Shown here piece by piece: positions 52,609-64,000 of a DNA stretch of 64,000 nt (within the stretch, counting starts at the first letter, position 1; each line of letters starts with the position of its first letter). The notes under the pieces were generated by a model. The model was not told the origin of the DNA and made no database searches. It was given only the letters and a program-made list of their open reading frames with translations. The DNA comes from Octopus sinensis (Eukaryota): contig NC_043017.1 in the NCBI RefSeq assembly GCF_006345805.1, positions 28,830,001 through 28,894,000 of the forward strand, given 5' to 3'. Made by a program: the position numbers and the translations under genes.

Positions 52609-52988
52609 GTTGTTGTTGTTGTTGTTGTTGTTATTATTATTGTTGTTGTTGTTGTGTTGTTGTTGTTGTTGTTGTTATTATTGTTGTTGCTGTTGTTGTT
52701 GTTGTTGTTGTTATTAGTATTCAAATTTACTTCCATTTCTCGCCGAGTGTTTTCCGTAAACCTTGGGTAGAGAAGCTCATTGTATGCATTCCCAGATTAC
52801 ACACACAGGTAAATTATGTATTTGAAAACTTAATAAATAAACAAATTCATGAATTGATGTTGTTTTCACAGCGATAATTCTCTTCTCAGTACACTGTCAT
52901 TCCAGTTAACACGATTTTTTGCACTTCCTGCAGGAATTGTAAGCCAGATATCATTTTCAAATAGGTATTATTATTGTTGTTGTTGTTG

Positions 52989-53023
<35 letters not shown>

Positions 53024-53127
53024 GAGAAATAGAGAAATATTTTCTTTATTCTCAAACAAGTGATAATGTTAATAAATAGCGTGTTCGGGATAAATTATCC
53101 ATGCATTGCAGAAAAATACGTTACCGG

Positions 53128-53171
<44 letters not shown>

Positions 53172-53211
53172 TTATTATTATTATTATTATTAATTATTAT
53201 TATTATTATTA

Positions 53212-53282
<71 letters not shown>

Positions 53283-53293
53283 TATTATTGTTA

Positions 53294-53347
<54 letters not shown>

Positions 53348-54428
53348 TCATTTCCCCTTCTCGTTAAAGAGTTATTATATCTAAATTGATTAACGTGATT
53401 TTTCTATCCGTTGATGTTTTACAATATCATATATCATCGTCGGAACCTCATGGGATGGCGAAATGTTTCATTGACCCTATTTTTCTACGAAAAGTTGCAC
53501 AGGGTCCTTCAGTTCCTTCTTATTTATGAGCTTTGTTATGCTCTCAACTTTTCTCTACTCAATAATTTTATTGAACCACTACTAGATTCTCATTCCGGTT
53601 GATCTGGTGAAACATATGTTTCTTTATTGCTTATCGTTAGATATAATTATCGGTGAAATGTTCTAGTTGTGCCTCATTGGTTGGCTGAATATTTTATTAA
53701 TGAATTATTCGCTGGATTTTTTTTTATTCTTCTCTTTAGTCTGTCATAGTTTCTGCAATGTTCCTTGACGCCAAAATGTCCAGCAAGCTCCGCCGTAATA
53801 ACTTTGCTGATATCAGAGCATGTTTCTTCTGAACTTATCTGATGTGCTTCATTCTTTTGAGATGTCTTATGTGTTTTGTGTCTGCTAGTTCTATCATCAT
53901 GCTTTCATGGGTTTTTGACTATTTACACTATTTTCTAAGCAGCAGCTTCAAGGGATTTTCTTCTTACAGTGATCTTTCTTTGATAAGTTTTTCTATTATA
54001 CTATTTTTTATTAGGATTCTCTCTGCGTTGACAAATGTGTTTGCACATATTATATTTTTTGTCTTCCTTTGTTTCCAATTTTTCCTGCTCCATAAACTCC
54101 TACTTCTCTTTTTATGGAGCTCATGTTTGTTGGATATAGTATCGATGTATAATTTGAGGGTAACACTTCAATAACTTGGGCATTGATCCAACCTTCTCTA
54201 TAAATTATAGTTTTTTCTTGTTTTTCTTTAGTGGAAGCTACGAGTAGGAGGCCAGAGTTCTTGGTATTTTTTACTTTTAGAGTTGCAGCAACATTTATTA
54301 TTATTATCGTGATTATTATTATTATTATTATTATCATCATTATTATTATTATCATTATTATTATTATTATTATCATGATCATTATTATTATTATTATTAT
54401 TATTATTGTTATTATTATTTTTTATTAT

Positions 54429-54462
<34 letters not shown>

Positions 54463-54696
54463 TGTAATATCATCATCATCATTATCATAATCATTATAAT
54501 TATCCTTATTATTATTATTATTATTATTATTATCATTATTATCATCATCATTAACATTATTATTATTATTATTTTACCATCATCATCATTATCATTGTTA
54601 TTATTATTATTATCATCATCGTCATTATTATTATTATTATTATTATCATCATCGTCATTATTATTATTATTATTATCATCATCATCGTCATTATTA

Positions 54697-54785
<89 letters not shown>
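52530..54785. repeat. (ATT)n/(GTT)n/(ATC)n trinucleotide field enclosing decayed LINE-like sequence (53350-54290)
   Basis: Tracts at 52530-52715, 52965-53345 and 54295-54785. Confidence 0.9.
52718..52965 (-). mobile_element. R4/Dong-like LINE 3' end within (AAT/AAC)n
   Basis: YLKMISG / EVQKIVLTG / VLRRELSL* across frameshifts, short UTR, directly abutting trinucleotide tracts. Confidence 0.65.
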
Positions 54786-54786
<1 letters not shown>

Positions 54787-56228
54787 TACCGATGATGCCG
54801 ATTAATTCCATACTTTTTTATTGATTATTTTTCTTTACGTTATGAATATCATTGTAGCACATCATCGCTATTAGTATTTTATGTAGATATATATGTTTTT
54901 TTTTTATTGTACCAATCTATACTCTTATCTGCTAGGGTTTTATTGTTGAATGAATTGGTACCGTGTGGCTTTGTAGCCGCATTATATGCTTTTATTACTT
55001 AACATCTAGTGGTTGTCTTCAAATATAATACCATTTTGATATATATTTTTTTACATTGTTACTTCGCTGACTGACATCAATGTGTAATGAAAATGGTTAT
55101 TGCATTGAAATTGTGACACAGAAAGTTTGATCTACCTCGTAGTAATAGCAGTTTCGATGAAAATAAAAATAAAAAATGTCTGAACTTTTATTCGTCGAAC
55201 ACAATCATTCAGGGTACAGTGCCTAATGTATTATTGGTACTGTCAGAATTTCCTTGCCAGGTCTAATATTTATGACAATATTGAAGTATTTGCAATTTTA
55301 TTAATTTCCTTCTTACTTTTTTTACTGGCTATAATTCAACATAATGGTGTCGATATAAGAAATAAAATGTAAAATTACAAAATGTAAGAGACTATGCATG
55401 GTTCTTTTATTTATACAAAATATGTATTTGTTTATTAACTTTATATATATTACATTATGATATATATTTTTCCTTTCTCTCAGGAAACCTCACATATATC
55501 TACAATTTATTTGATATTCACTTACGCTTATAAATATGTCTTTCATTTTATCCTTTATAGACCTAATATTCTGCTTGGCTGTACTAGTGAACCACATTAA
55601 TATCTTTTTACTAAGATCTGCAAATCCACCGTCTGCTTTTGTGTTAGTATTCTAGTATTTTTAATTCTCTATTGTTATGGTAAAATCTAACAAAAGTTTA
55701 TAATTAACATCTTATTAGTAATTTTATTTTTCTTACTTTCATAGTTGTGATCCGTTGCCTTGCAAAGTTTTCTTTATCTGTGCTCCGCATTCTGTATTAT
55801 AGTTTGGTGAGTTTTGCAAATATTGAATTACAATTTATGTGTCTCATTAAGCGAGATTCTTACTCAAGGGGTCGAGACTTTTGCATTTATCATTTTTCTG
55901 TCATATTTATGGAATAGAAAGTTATTTTGAAAAATATTCTGCTCACTTGCTGTTGTTATTCAACGGGAAATGTTCACCCAAGCACGTCTCTCCACAAACA
56001 AAAACATTTTGAGAGTCTGCGCACAAAAAATAAAAAGAAACTAAAAGAAGATAATAAATGAAAATTGGAATATTATTTTTTTTAATGTATCTGGTGTTTC
56101 TGATGCAAAAACATATTTGCAGACTATCGGAAAAATACCAATCACAACGTAAAGAATAGCAACACGCACTTCCACATATCTCCCGCTAAAGAGGAAGTTT
56201 CTAGGAGGGAAAATTTATCTTTCTCTTC

Positions 56229-56259
<31 letters not shown>

Positions 56260-56749
56260 TCTCTGTTCAATCAAGAGGTTTTTACAAGATCAGGAAAGAA
56301 CAAAGCTTACGTAGATGGGGGCAGCACTTTGTCTATTTAACAAGGCAAAATCCAATAATACTTCTCATTCGAGACTGAAGACGAATAGAATACATAAACT
56401 TAAATGATATTTCATGTGTAAACACAATTTTGGGTACTGCTAAGGACATTAACACCTGACTTGTTCTTTCACAAGAAGCGCTATACATGTGGGATGAAAG
56501 AGCCGAATTGTGATGTAAGAGATGTGGCAGATAAGGATAATAAGGTATTTGCTTGTACTTGTGATTCTATAACAAAAAACAATACGAATGTTCTATACTT
56601 GTACATATTATGATGATACAGATATAAATAATGAGACCTACTGTTCCGCTCGAAAGGCCTAGATATTATTAAATATATAACAGTCAGAGCTTCTTGTGGA
56701 TATTCTGCCTCAAGGAGGTTCAGAAAAACGAAACTAGAGAACAGCAGTT

Positions 56750-56985
56750 CCCTATTTCTTTACTACCCACAAGGGACTAAACACAGAGAGGACAAACAAG
56801 GACAGACAAACGGATTAAGTCAATTATATCGACCCCAGTGCGTAACTGGTACTTATTTAATCGACCCCGAAAGGATGAAAGGCAAAGTCGACCTCGGCGG
56901 AATTTGAACTCAGAACGTAACGGCAGACGAAATACGGCTACGCATTTTGCCCGGCGTGCTAACGTTTCTGCCAGCTCGCCGCCTT
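56750..56985 (-). mobile_element. SINE family B, close to consensus
   Basis: Near-consensus sequence; AGAACAGCAG on both flanks. Confidence 0.93.
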
Positions 56986-57209
56986 TAAAGAACAGCAGAT
57001 ACCGATGACTGGTGTTCGCACCTGAGCCATTGTCGAAGGTTTCAAATTAGCGGGTGTTGCCACTTTGTCTTCATTATTTAATGCTGAAGGGGAAGATTAA
57101 AATGTATAAACAGCATTCTGAGTAAACCCCAGTCCGCACAATGTACCGCAACAGCAACGTTTCTCTATCGTCCGGTGACAAGGAGAAAGAGATGGATGGT
57201 CTTCATTTC

Positions 57210-57622
57210 TTACTCTTTTACTCTTTTACTCTTTTACTTCTTTCAGTCAATTGACTGCGGACATGCTGGAGCACCGCCTTTAGTCGAGCAAATCGACCCC
57301 GGGACTTATTCTTTGTAAGCCCAGTACTTATTATATCGGTCTCTTTTGCCGAACCGCTAGGTGACGGAGACGTAAACACACCAGCATCGGTTGTCAAGCA
57401 ATGCTAGTGGGACAAACACAGACACACAAACACACACATACATATATATACATATATACGACGGGCTTCTTTCAGTTTCCGTCTACCAAATCCACTCACA
57501 AGGCATTGGTCGGCCCGGGGCTATAGCAGAAGACACTTGCCCAAGGTGCTACGCAGTGGGACTGAACCCGTAACCATGTGGTTGGTTAGCAAGCTACTTA
57601 CAACACAGCCACTCCTGAGCCT
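57210..57622 (-). mobile_element. SINE family A, full length
   Basis: Reverse complement of the 4921-5332 type. Confidence 0.93.
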
Positions 57623-57899
57623 TGTCAAACCACTGAAGAGAATGTGATCGACATTGCAAGACGAAAAATATTTCTTAAATTTTGAAGCATAAGAAGACGT
57701 AAGTAGAAAGGTTGGAAAGAAAATTATGAGTTATGGTGGCACGTAACAGTAGTCCATATATTATAGCTTTCTTTCGTTAAGTAAGGTAGCCATTAAATGG
57801 AGAATTAATCCAGGAAGACGATCCCTCATCAAATGAGTCATACAAACGTGGAACAGACATATTATTTGTGAAGTACATACCAGGAAGGCATTAGATACC

Positions 57900-59150
57900 T
57901 TGACACTTAAATATGGAAAGTTAATGCTAAATTGCGGCTACTTCCTCACGGAGGCACGAAGCGCGTTACGGAAATCCTTGCGTTTGTGAACTGGGAAGAT
58001 GCTATGAAAAAAAGGTTTTAGTTTAAACAAAAAATGGGCTGAGAGTTAGATGACTGAAAAATCAGGTTTATGCAGCTTATGCCAACGTCACTTGAGAAGG
58101 ATTCTGGCATCTGGTAGTCATACATTTTCACAACAAAATTCTGATCAGATTGAAGGGCATATATTTCCGCAATCTTATAATGGTACTAGTTTCGCTGGCC
58201 TCTAAATTCATCTTCTTCAATTACATCTTCTGTAGACGTCTTGGGATAACTTAACTGAAGTCGTGTAGGCATGGACACAGGCTGACTCACCTGCAGAAAT
58301 ATTTTGTATACAGTGACTGTGAAAACTACGACTAAAATAAAGGTGACCAACCGCTGGTGTTATTCTTGCCACTAATTTTCACTGTGTATCTATTCGAAGA
58401 GACAAACACGAATCAAACTCAGACAGAGGATGGACATTTAGCACGCGGAATCTTTCCTGGCAATCACTGAACTCCACCAGCTTAAGAAATTTGTTGCCAC
58501 GAAACAATTCATGTGTTGTATTGTACGTTACTGCAGCGTATGAGTGACGATGGCGCTGATGTCGTCGACTACAGTTTGAGAAGGATCTTCAGGTAGTCTT
58601 TCTAGTAGAGGTATATGGACAACTTTTAAAGGGCACTTTTCTGGCTGTGCACCTGAATATATAGTATTACCTGTTAGAGACATACTAAAAATATACGGTA
58701 TTACCGACAGCCGAACCATATTGTAATGCAAATTTGCTTAATAAATCATGCTTCAGGATCTCTTCCAGTGTCCCTGCATGGATTATTTTAGACTTGCTAT
58801 CAAGAGAAGATCAGATCAAGCTAACGAAACCAATCGTTTGTCAGTAAAGACTGGTTTGGATTCCTGTGTCTGTAGGCTATGGCAAAACAAAATGTGGAGT
58901 AGGCTCGTCTGAATGTTTGAATACAGACAATTTCCTCCTTGTCAAAGTACTCATCAGCTTATTGATGTATCTTTGTGAGAAAAGTAGAAGTAGAAATAAG
59001 AGGGAGTGATTTCTTTTAGTCTGTTTCAAGAAAAGCAGGCGAGTGAGGTAAGACAATTGAGGATGAATGGGTCTGTCTTGAGTGACATTTTCAGAGAAAC
59101 AAAATAAAAGAGGAGCAAATTTGTTTGGATGTGACATAATATACAATGCG
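57900..59150 (-). pseudogene. Possible Academ-like transposon relic
   Basis: Ordered weak motifs VVDDISAIV, NRYTVKISGKNNT, PDARILL, IFPVH resemble IDGMA.., FDRY..SIK, HEEADTRI.LH, .IPVH; many stops. Confidence 0.35.
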
Positions 59151-60427
59151 TTTCATAGTGATCTCTCTAGGCAGATTAAGGCAGCTTTTCCTAAATTCTT
59201 ATATTTTCCTGCGTGTTTGATATAGTCGACATTTTTCGACTATTTTTGGCAGCGTTATTGTATTTGATGTTATGTTCTCTGGCATCACTTCTTGTCTTCC
59301 ACAAACAGTTCACATTCTCTTCCGTTAAACATTATCATCCATGTAATTTCTTGTAATCTACCACCAGTTTCCCTTTGCTAGCGTTCGTTTCTGACATAAA
59401 TACTTTATAATTTAACTTCGTTTATTATTCCTAGAAACCAGAAATTATTAACGGATACGTGAATATATAAATATATTTACAAAAATATTGATGTATATTG
59501 CAAGCCTAGCCGTCTTCTGAACTGAGCTAAGATGAAAAGAAATAAAAGCATGACTATCCCATCTTACTCGTGTTGCATGTCGTGTTTAAAGATCACATTA
59601 TTCAAATTCTCTTAATTTTCAAACATTATCAACTGTAGTGGAAAATACGGCCTGCTATTTATAGTAGATCAAGCAACACGTTAAATGCTGCTATATTTGA
59701 TCATAAGTTTTGTAGTGAACCAGATTAGAGCCGTCGAGTCTACATTAAATTTGCTAATGATTGGCGCGTCGTACATACGAACGGATATAACGCATCTCAC
59801 ACAGCTAATGGCATTTATTATCAATGGTATGATTAAACCATTCCTAGAAATTTACAGTAAAAATATCATGTAAACGACCGTATTATATTTATTGGACTGT
59901 ATAGGGGATAAACAAATATTTTCAATTTATAAAAGTAAACTAACTACAAATAGTTCATTTACAATTTGGTCAGTAAAGAAATATATATAAAAAATATTTT
60001 TTAAAAAAACCTTGTTTCTGGCACAAAGTGTACAGAGAATAACTAATTCCAGACTTATCTATTTACATGAAGTATATTCGATTTACTGAAATAACACAGC
60101 CGAAATTAATGTTGTTATAACTGTCGAGAGATATAGAAACGAATTCTTGATAAAGAGAAGAAAGAGCAATTACGTTGACCTGCTATTAAACAGAGTCGCT
60201 ATGATAATCATCGCAACCTGTCAGTCAGTATATATATCCATTCATTCACACATACACACATACATAATGCTTACGTACATAAGTATATACCTGCTTAAAT
60301 ACATATTTATACACATATGTATATAAGTGTGTTTATGTGTGTATGTTCATGTGTATGTGTTTGTGTATATGTAGGTATATATCTATATATACATATATAC
60401 GTATGTGTATATGTAAATACATATATG

Positions 60428-60485
<58 letters not shown>

Positions 60486-60993
60486 ATATATACACATCTA
60501 TTTATGTATATATCTATCTATCTATCTATATATATATATATATATATAATATATATATATAATAAATATGTATATATATTATTATATATATATGTATATT
60601 ATGTATATATATATATATATACACACACACACATGAATATATATGAAGATATATATGTGTGTGTGTGTCAGTGTGTATAATTATGTATGTGCATGTGTGT
60701 GTCTGTGCTCGACTGTGTAATTTGTCCTATGACCATTTCACTATAGTCGATTAATCTATCGCAGTACCTCTTGACCCTAGCTTGAACTCGTCTGAGATAA
60801 TCTTTGAAAAAAAAAACATCTCTTTGTATACGGCGGTTGATTATTTTGAGTTACATATCATTAGCGTGTCATAAACACTGTTTGGACGTCGTATCAAACT
60901 CTGATTGTGTTGCTTCGTTATGAATATTTGATGCAGTTACTCCGTGGATTCTTTCTCTTCTATCTAAATGCACGAATATATTTTGCTCTGTAA

Positions 60994-61594
60994 GGCGGCG
61001 GCGAGTTAGCAGAAACGTTAGCGCGACGGGCGAAATGCTTAGCGGTATTTCGTCTGACGTTACGTTCTGAGTTCAAATTCCGCCGAGGTCGATTTTGCCT
61101 TTCATACTTTCGGCGTCGATTAAATAAGTACGAAGTTACGCACTGGAGTCGATGTAATCGATTTGATCCCTTTGTCTGTTCATGTTTGTCCCCTCTGTGT
61201 TTACCCCTTGTGGGTAGTAAATAAATAGGTATTTCGTCTCTCGTTACGTTCTGAGTTCAAATTCCACCGAGGTCGACTTTGCCTTTCATCTTTTCGGGGT
61301 CGATTAAATAAGTACCAGTTACGCACTGGGGTCGATATAATCAACTTAATCCCTTTGTTTGTTCATGTTTGACCCCTCTGTGTTTAGCCCATCGTGGGTA
61401 GTAAAGAAATAGGTATTTTGTCTGCCGCTACGTTCTCAGTTCAAATTCTGCCGAGGTCGACTTTGCCTTTCATCCGTTCGGGGTCGAAAAATAAAGTACC
61501 AGTTACGCACTGGGGTCGATGTAATCGACTTAATCCCTTTGTCTGTCCTTGTTTGTCCTCTTTATGTTTGGTCCCTCGTGGGCTGTAAATAAAC
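60994..61594 (+). mobile_element. SINE family B head-to-tail trimer
   Basis: Junctions AAATAGGTATTT at ~61228 and ~61412; 18-bp TSD ATATATTTTGCTCTGTAA (60976-60993, 61595-61612). Confidence 0.95.
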
Positions 61595-62119
61595 ATATAT
61601 TTTGCTCTGTAAAAATCTGGAATGAATCAGGTATACCTCATGTCAAATGGTTTCATTTAAGTACTGTGCATAGTCTTTCACCGCATATAGACTGCTATTT
61701 AACTATGGCGTTTTACTTGTTATTCAGCTGTAAACTGCTCCTGATATTTACAAGTACAACATGCACATGCGCAAAGATATATGGTGTGATCCTCCTCACA
61801 TTCTCAGATATTTCTCGTTGCCTAAGTAAATAATTTTGTTCGTGTATCCGGGCGTGTACCCAGTGTTATATTCTACAGCGGCATGTTACTGCTCTTTGAT
61901 AGGTTTTCTGTCACACTTTACATCCACGACCTCCTTTACATCAGCGACCTCCTTCACATAGCACCAGACAGCGTTTTGTGATTAATATCTCCTTGTTGTA
62001 TAAGAGTGGTACTTGCCACTATTTTATCGTATTTGGTGGGTGAACATTCCCTCTTGAATAGAAGTTTCGGTAGTCACCGGGATGTTTATCTAATTCACAG
62101 TTGTGTATCTACTTCAACC

Positions 62120-62504
62120 TGGAGGCGCAATGGCCTAGTGGTTAGGGCAGCGGACTCGCAGTCGTAGGATCGCGGTTTCGATTCCCAGACCGGGCGTTGT
62201 GAGTGTTTATTGAGCGAAAACACCTAAAGCTCCACGAGGCTCCGGCAGGGCATGGTGGTGATCCCTGCTGTACTCTTTCACCACAACTTTCTCTCACTCT
62301 TACTTCCTGTTTCTGTTGTACCTGTATTTCAAAGGGCCGGTCTTATCACTCTCTGTGTCACGCTGAATATCCCCGAGAACTACGTTAAACGTACACGTGT
62401 CTGTGGAGTGTTCAGCCACTTACACGTTAATTTCACGAGCAGGCTGTTCCGTTGATCGGATCAACCGGAACCCTCGTCGTCGAACCGACGGAGTACTTCC
62501 ATCC
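62120..62504 (+). mobile_element. SINE family C, full length
   Basis: 13-bp TSD ATCTACTTCAACC (62107-62119, 62505-62517). Confidence 0.95.
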
Positions 62505-63451
62505 ATCTACTTCAACCATGAAGTAAAACACTGCTTATTTATTATCTACATGTCTTGTTGGAATCCTTCCGTTTTACAAACTTTAGAAACTAGAAATTCA
62601 AATTTCATTCAGTTCGAACTGTTGATTGGGTTTGCGTTGAAATTATCATGTTTATCAATAATTACATTATATTAAAACTTAGTCGTATTGACTATAGAAT
62701 AAACAGTTGTGATTTGTGCTTTGTCTATGCTAATAGATTTCTCTGCCCAGACAATCATATACATGATGAAAGCTTTGGATGAAATACATCAGCACTCAAT
62801 TACAATATCCTTACTAAGACATATTTCTCCAACCAAACGACGAAATAGCATCACATTTTCGGTTCAGTTTGTGTGATACAAATCTCGTAACCATGGTATT
62901 TTAAAGCTAATTATTAATGTATCAGAATAATTAGATTTCTCTTTGAGGTTTCTATTTTCAGGTTTCCCTTTCATGGAAGAACTTGAATTTCCAGTTTTAT
63001 CTACTAATTTGTTTCTTTTTACCGTTTACTTAGAATGTACTGCTTAAAAGTGTCTATACGCTTTTGGAAATATCTAATCGAGTTACGAGGTAGGTTTAAA
63101 TAAATATATTCATTAATCAACATCAGTGTATAAAAAAAGAGTATAATAGATGATATTTTGTATCATTTTATTTATACGAGAGAGCACACCCACATTTCTG
63201 TTTACAATTTTTGATTTGTAGGCCATGATCTATCGGTTAAAAAAGAGACAGAAGAAAAATATTGCAGCAAAGTTACATGATAGAATTGTCGGAGGTGGCA
63301 TGCAAACCATCATATAACTTATATTCTTTCCTTCCTTTTATTATGACATGCGCATTTCGTTTTTATACTTCTCCCGTTTTATGAACTGAGTGCGCGCATG
63401 TGCATTGCGTGTTCGTACTTTTCTTCCCGGGTCTTACACTAAACGTTTTAC

Positions 63452-63550
63452 AGATCACAACCATCTCACAAACGCTTATAGTTCACAGCCATCTCACAAC
63501 CATCTCACAAACCCTTATAGATCACAGCCATCTCACAAACGCTTATAAAT
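63452..63550. repeat. ~39-bp minisatellite, ~2.5 copies
   Basis: CACAACCATCTCACAAAC.CTTATAG.TCACAGCCATCT repeated. Confidence 0.8.
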
Positions 63551-64000
63551 CTCAACCATATCAAAAACGTGAGGAGCGCTTCGCACTCCAATGATTCTGA
63601 GAACAGAATGAGTTTTTCTCAAGAGAAGAATATTAAATTTTTTATCAGCACCTTCATTCTTTCATAAAACCTGACCGAGCACATGCATTCATATGTACGT
63701 ATATGTATGCCTACATAAATTAAAACGAGTACACATACACACATACATACGCATATATATGTGTATATAAGCCCATATGTCAACGTATTTAAATTATCAT
63801 GGCAAAAGCATTATACAATATTATACAAAATAAGAATTTTACCTCTAATCAAATGATCGCTTTTGCTTAATATTCTCAAATTTTGAGTGTTAGATGCACT
63901 TATATGTAGTTAATTAGTAATCAAGGAATTTTTCGATACAGGGTAGGTAAATCTCTAATTTTCAATAAGGATTTATATTTATTTCTAGCTTATTTATATC

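Noticed and set aside
57630-57675. CTGAAGA-GAATGT..ACATTG-CAAGAC-GAAA
   Set aside because: Several extra unpaired bases before GAAA and no stem I.
62120-62195. tRNA-like heads of SINE families as genuine tRNA genes
   Set aside because: No complete cloverleaf; they continue into SINE bodies flanked by TSDs.

Overview
AT-rich, repeat-saturated eukaryotic non-coding DNA. The tRNA-derived SINE families and dense (TA)n/(ATT)n microsatellites suggest an octopus or other coleoid cephalopod (inference). I find no supportable host protein-coding gene; most track ORFs are microsatellite or SINE artefacts. The window holds about 30 copies or fragments of three SINE families, decayed LINEs (RTE, CR1/jockey-like, R4/Dong-like), a Penelope-like GIY-YIG fragment, DNA transposon relics (piggyBac, mariner, DD39D, Academ-like, Helitron) and an intron-containing tRNA-Lys(UUU)-like gene. 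The main unexpected signal is at least 11 minimal type I hammerhead ribozyme motifs in about six short repeat families. Two are intact and covary. Two families have a U3-A8 (UUGAAAA) core variant. One family is attached to a Penelope endonuclease and carries a tRNA-like Pol III head. All calls come from reading and folding by eye; no searches were run.
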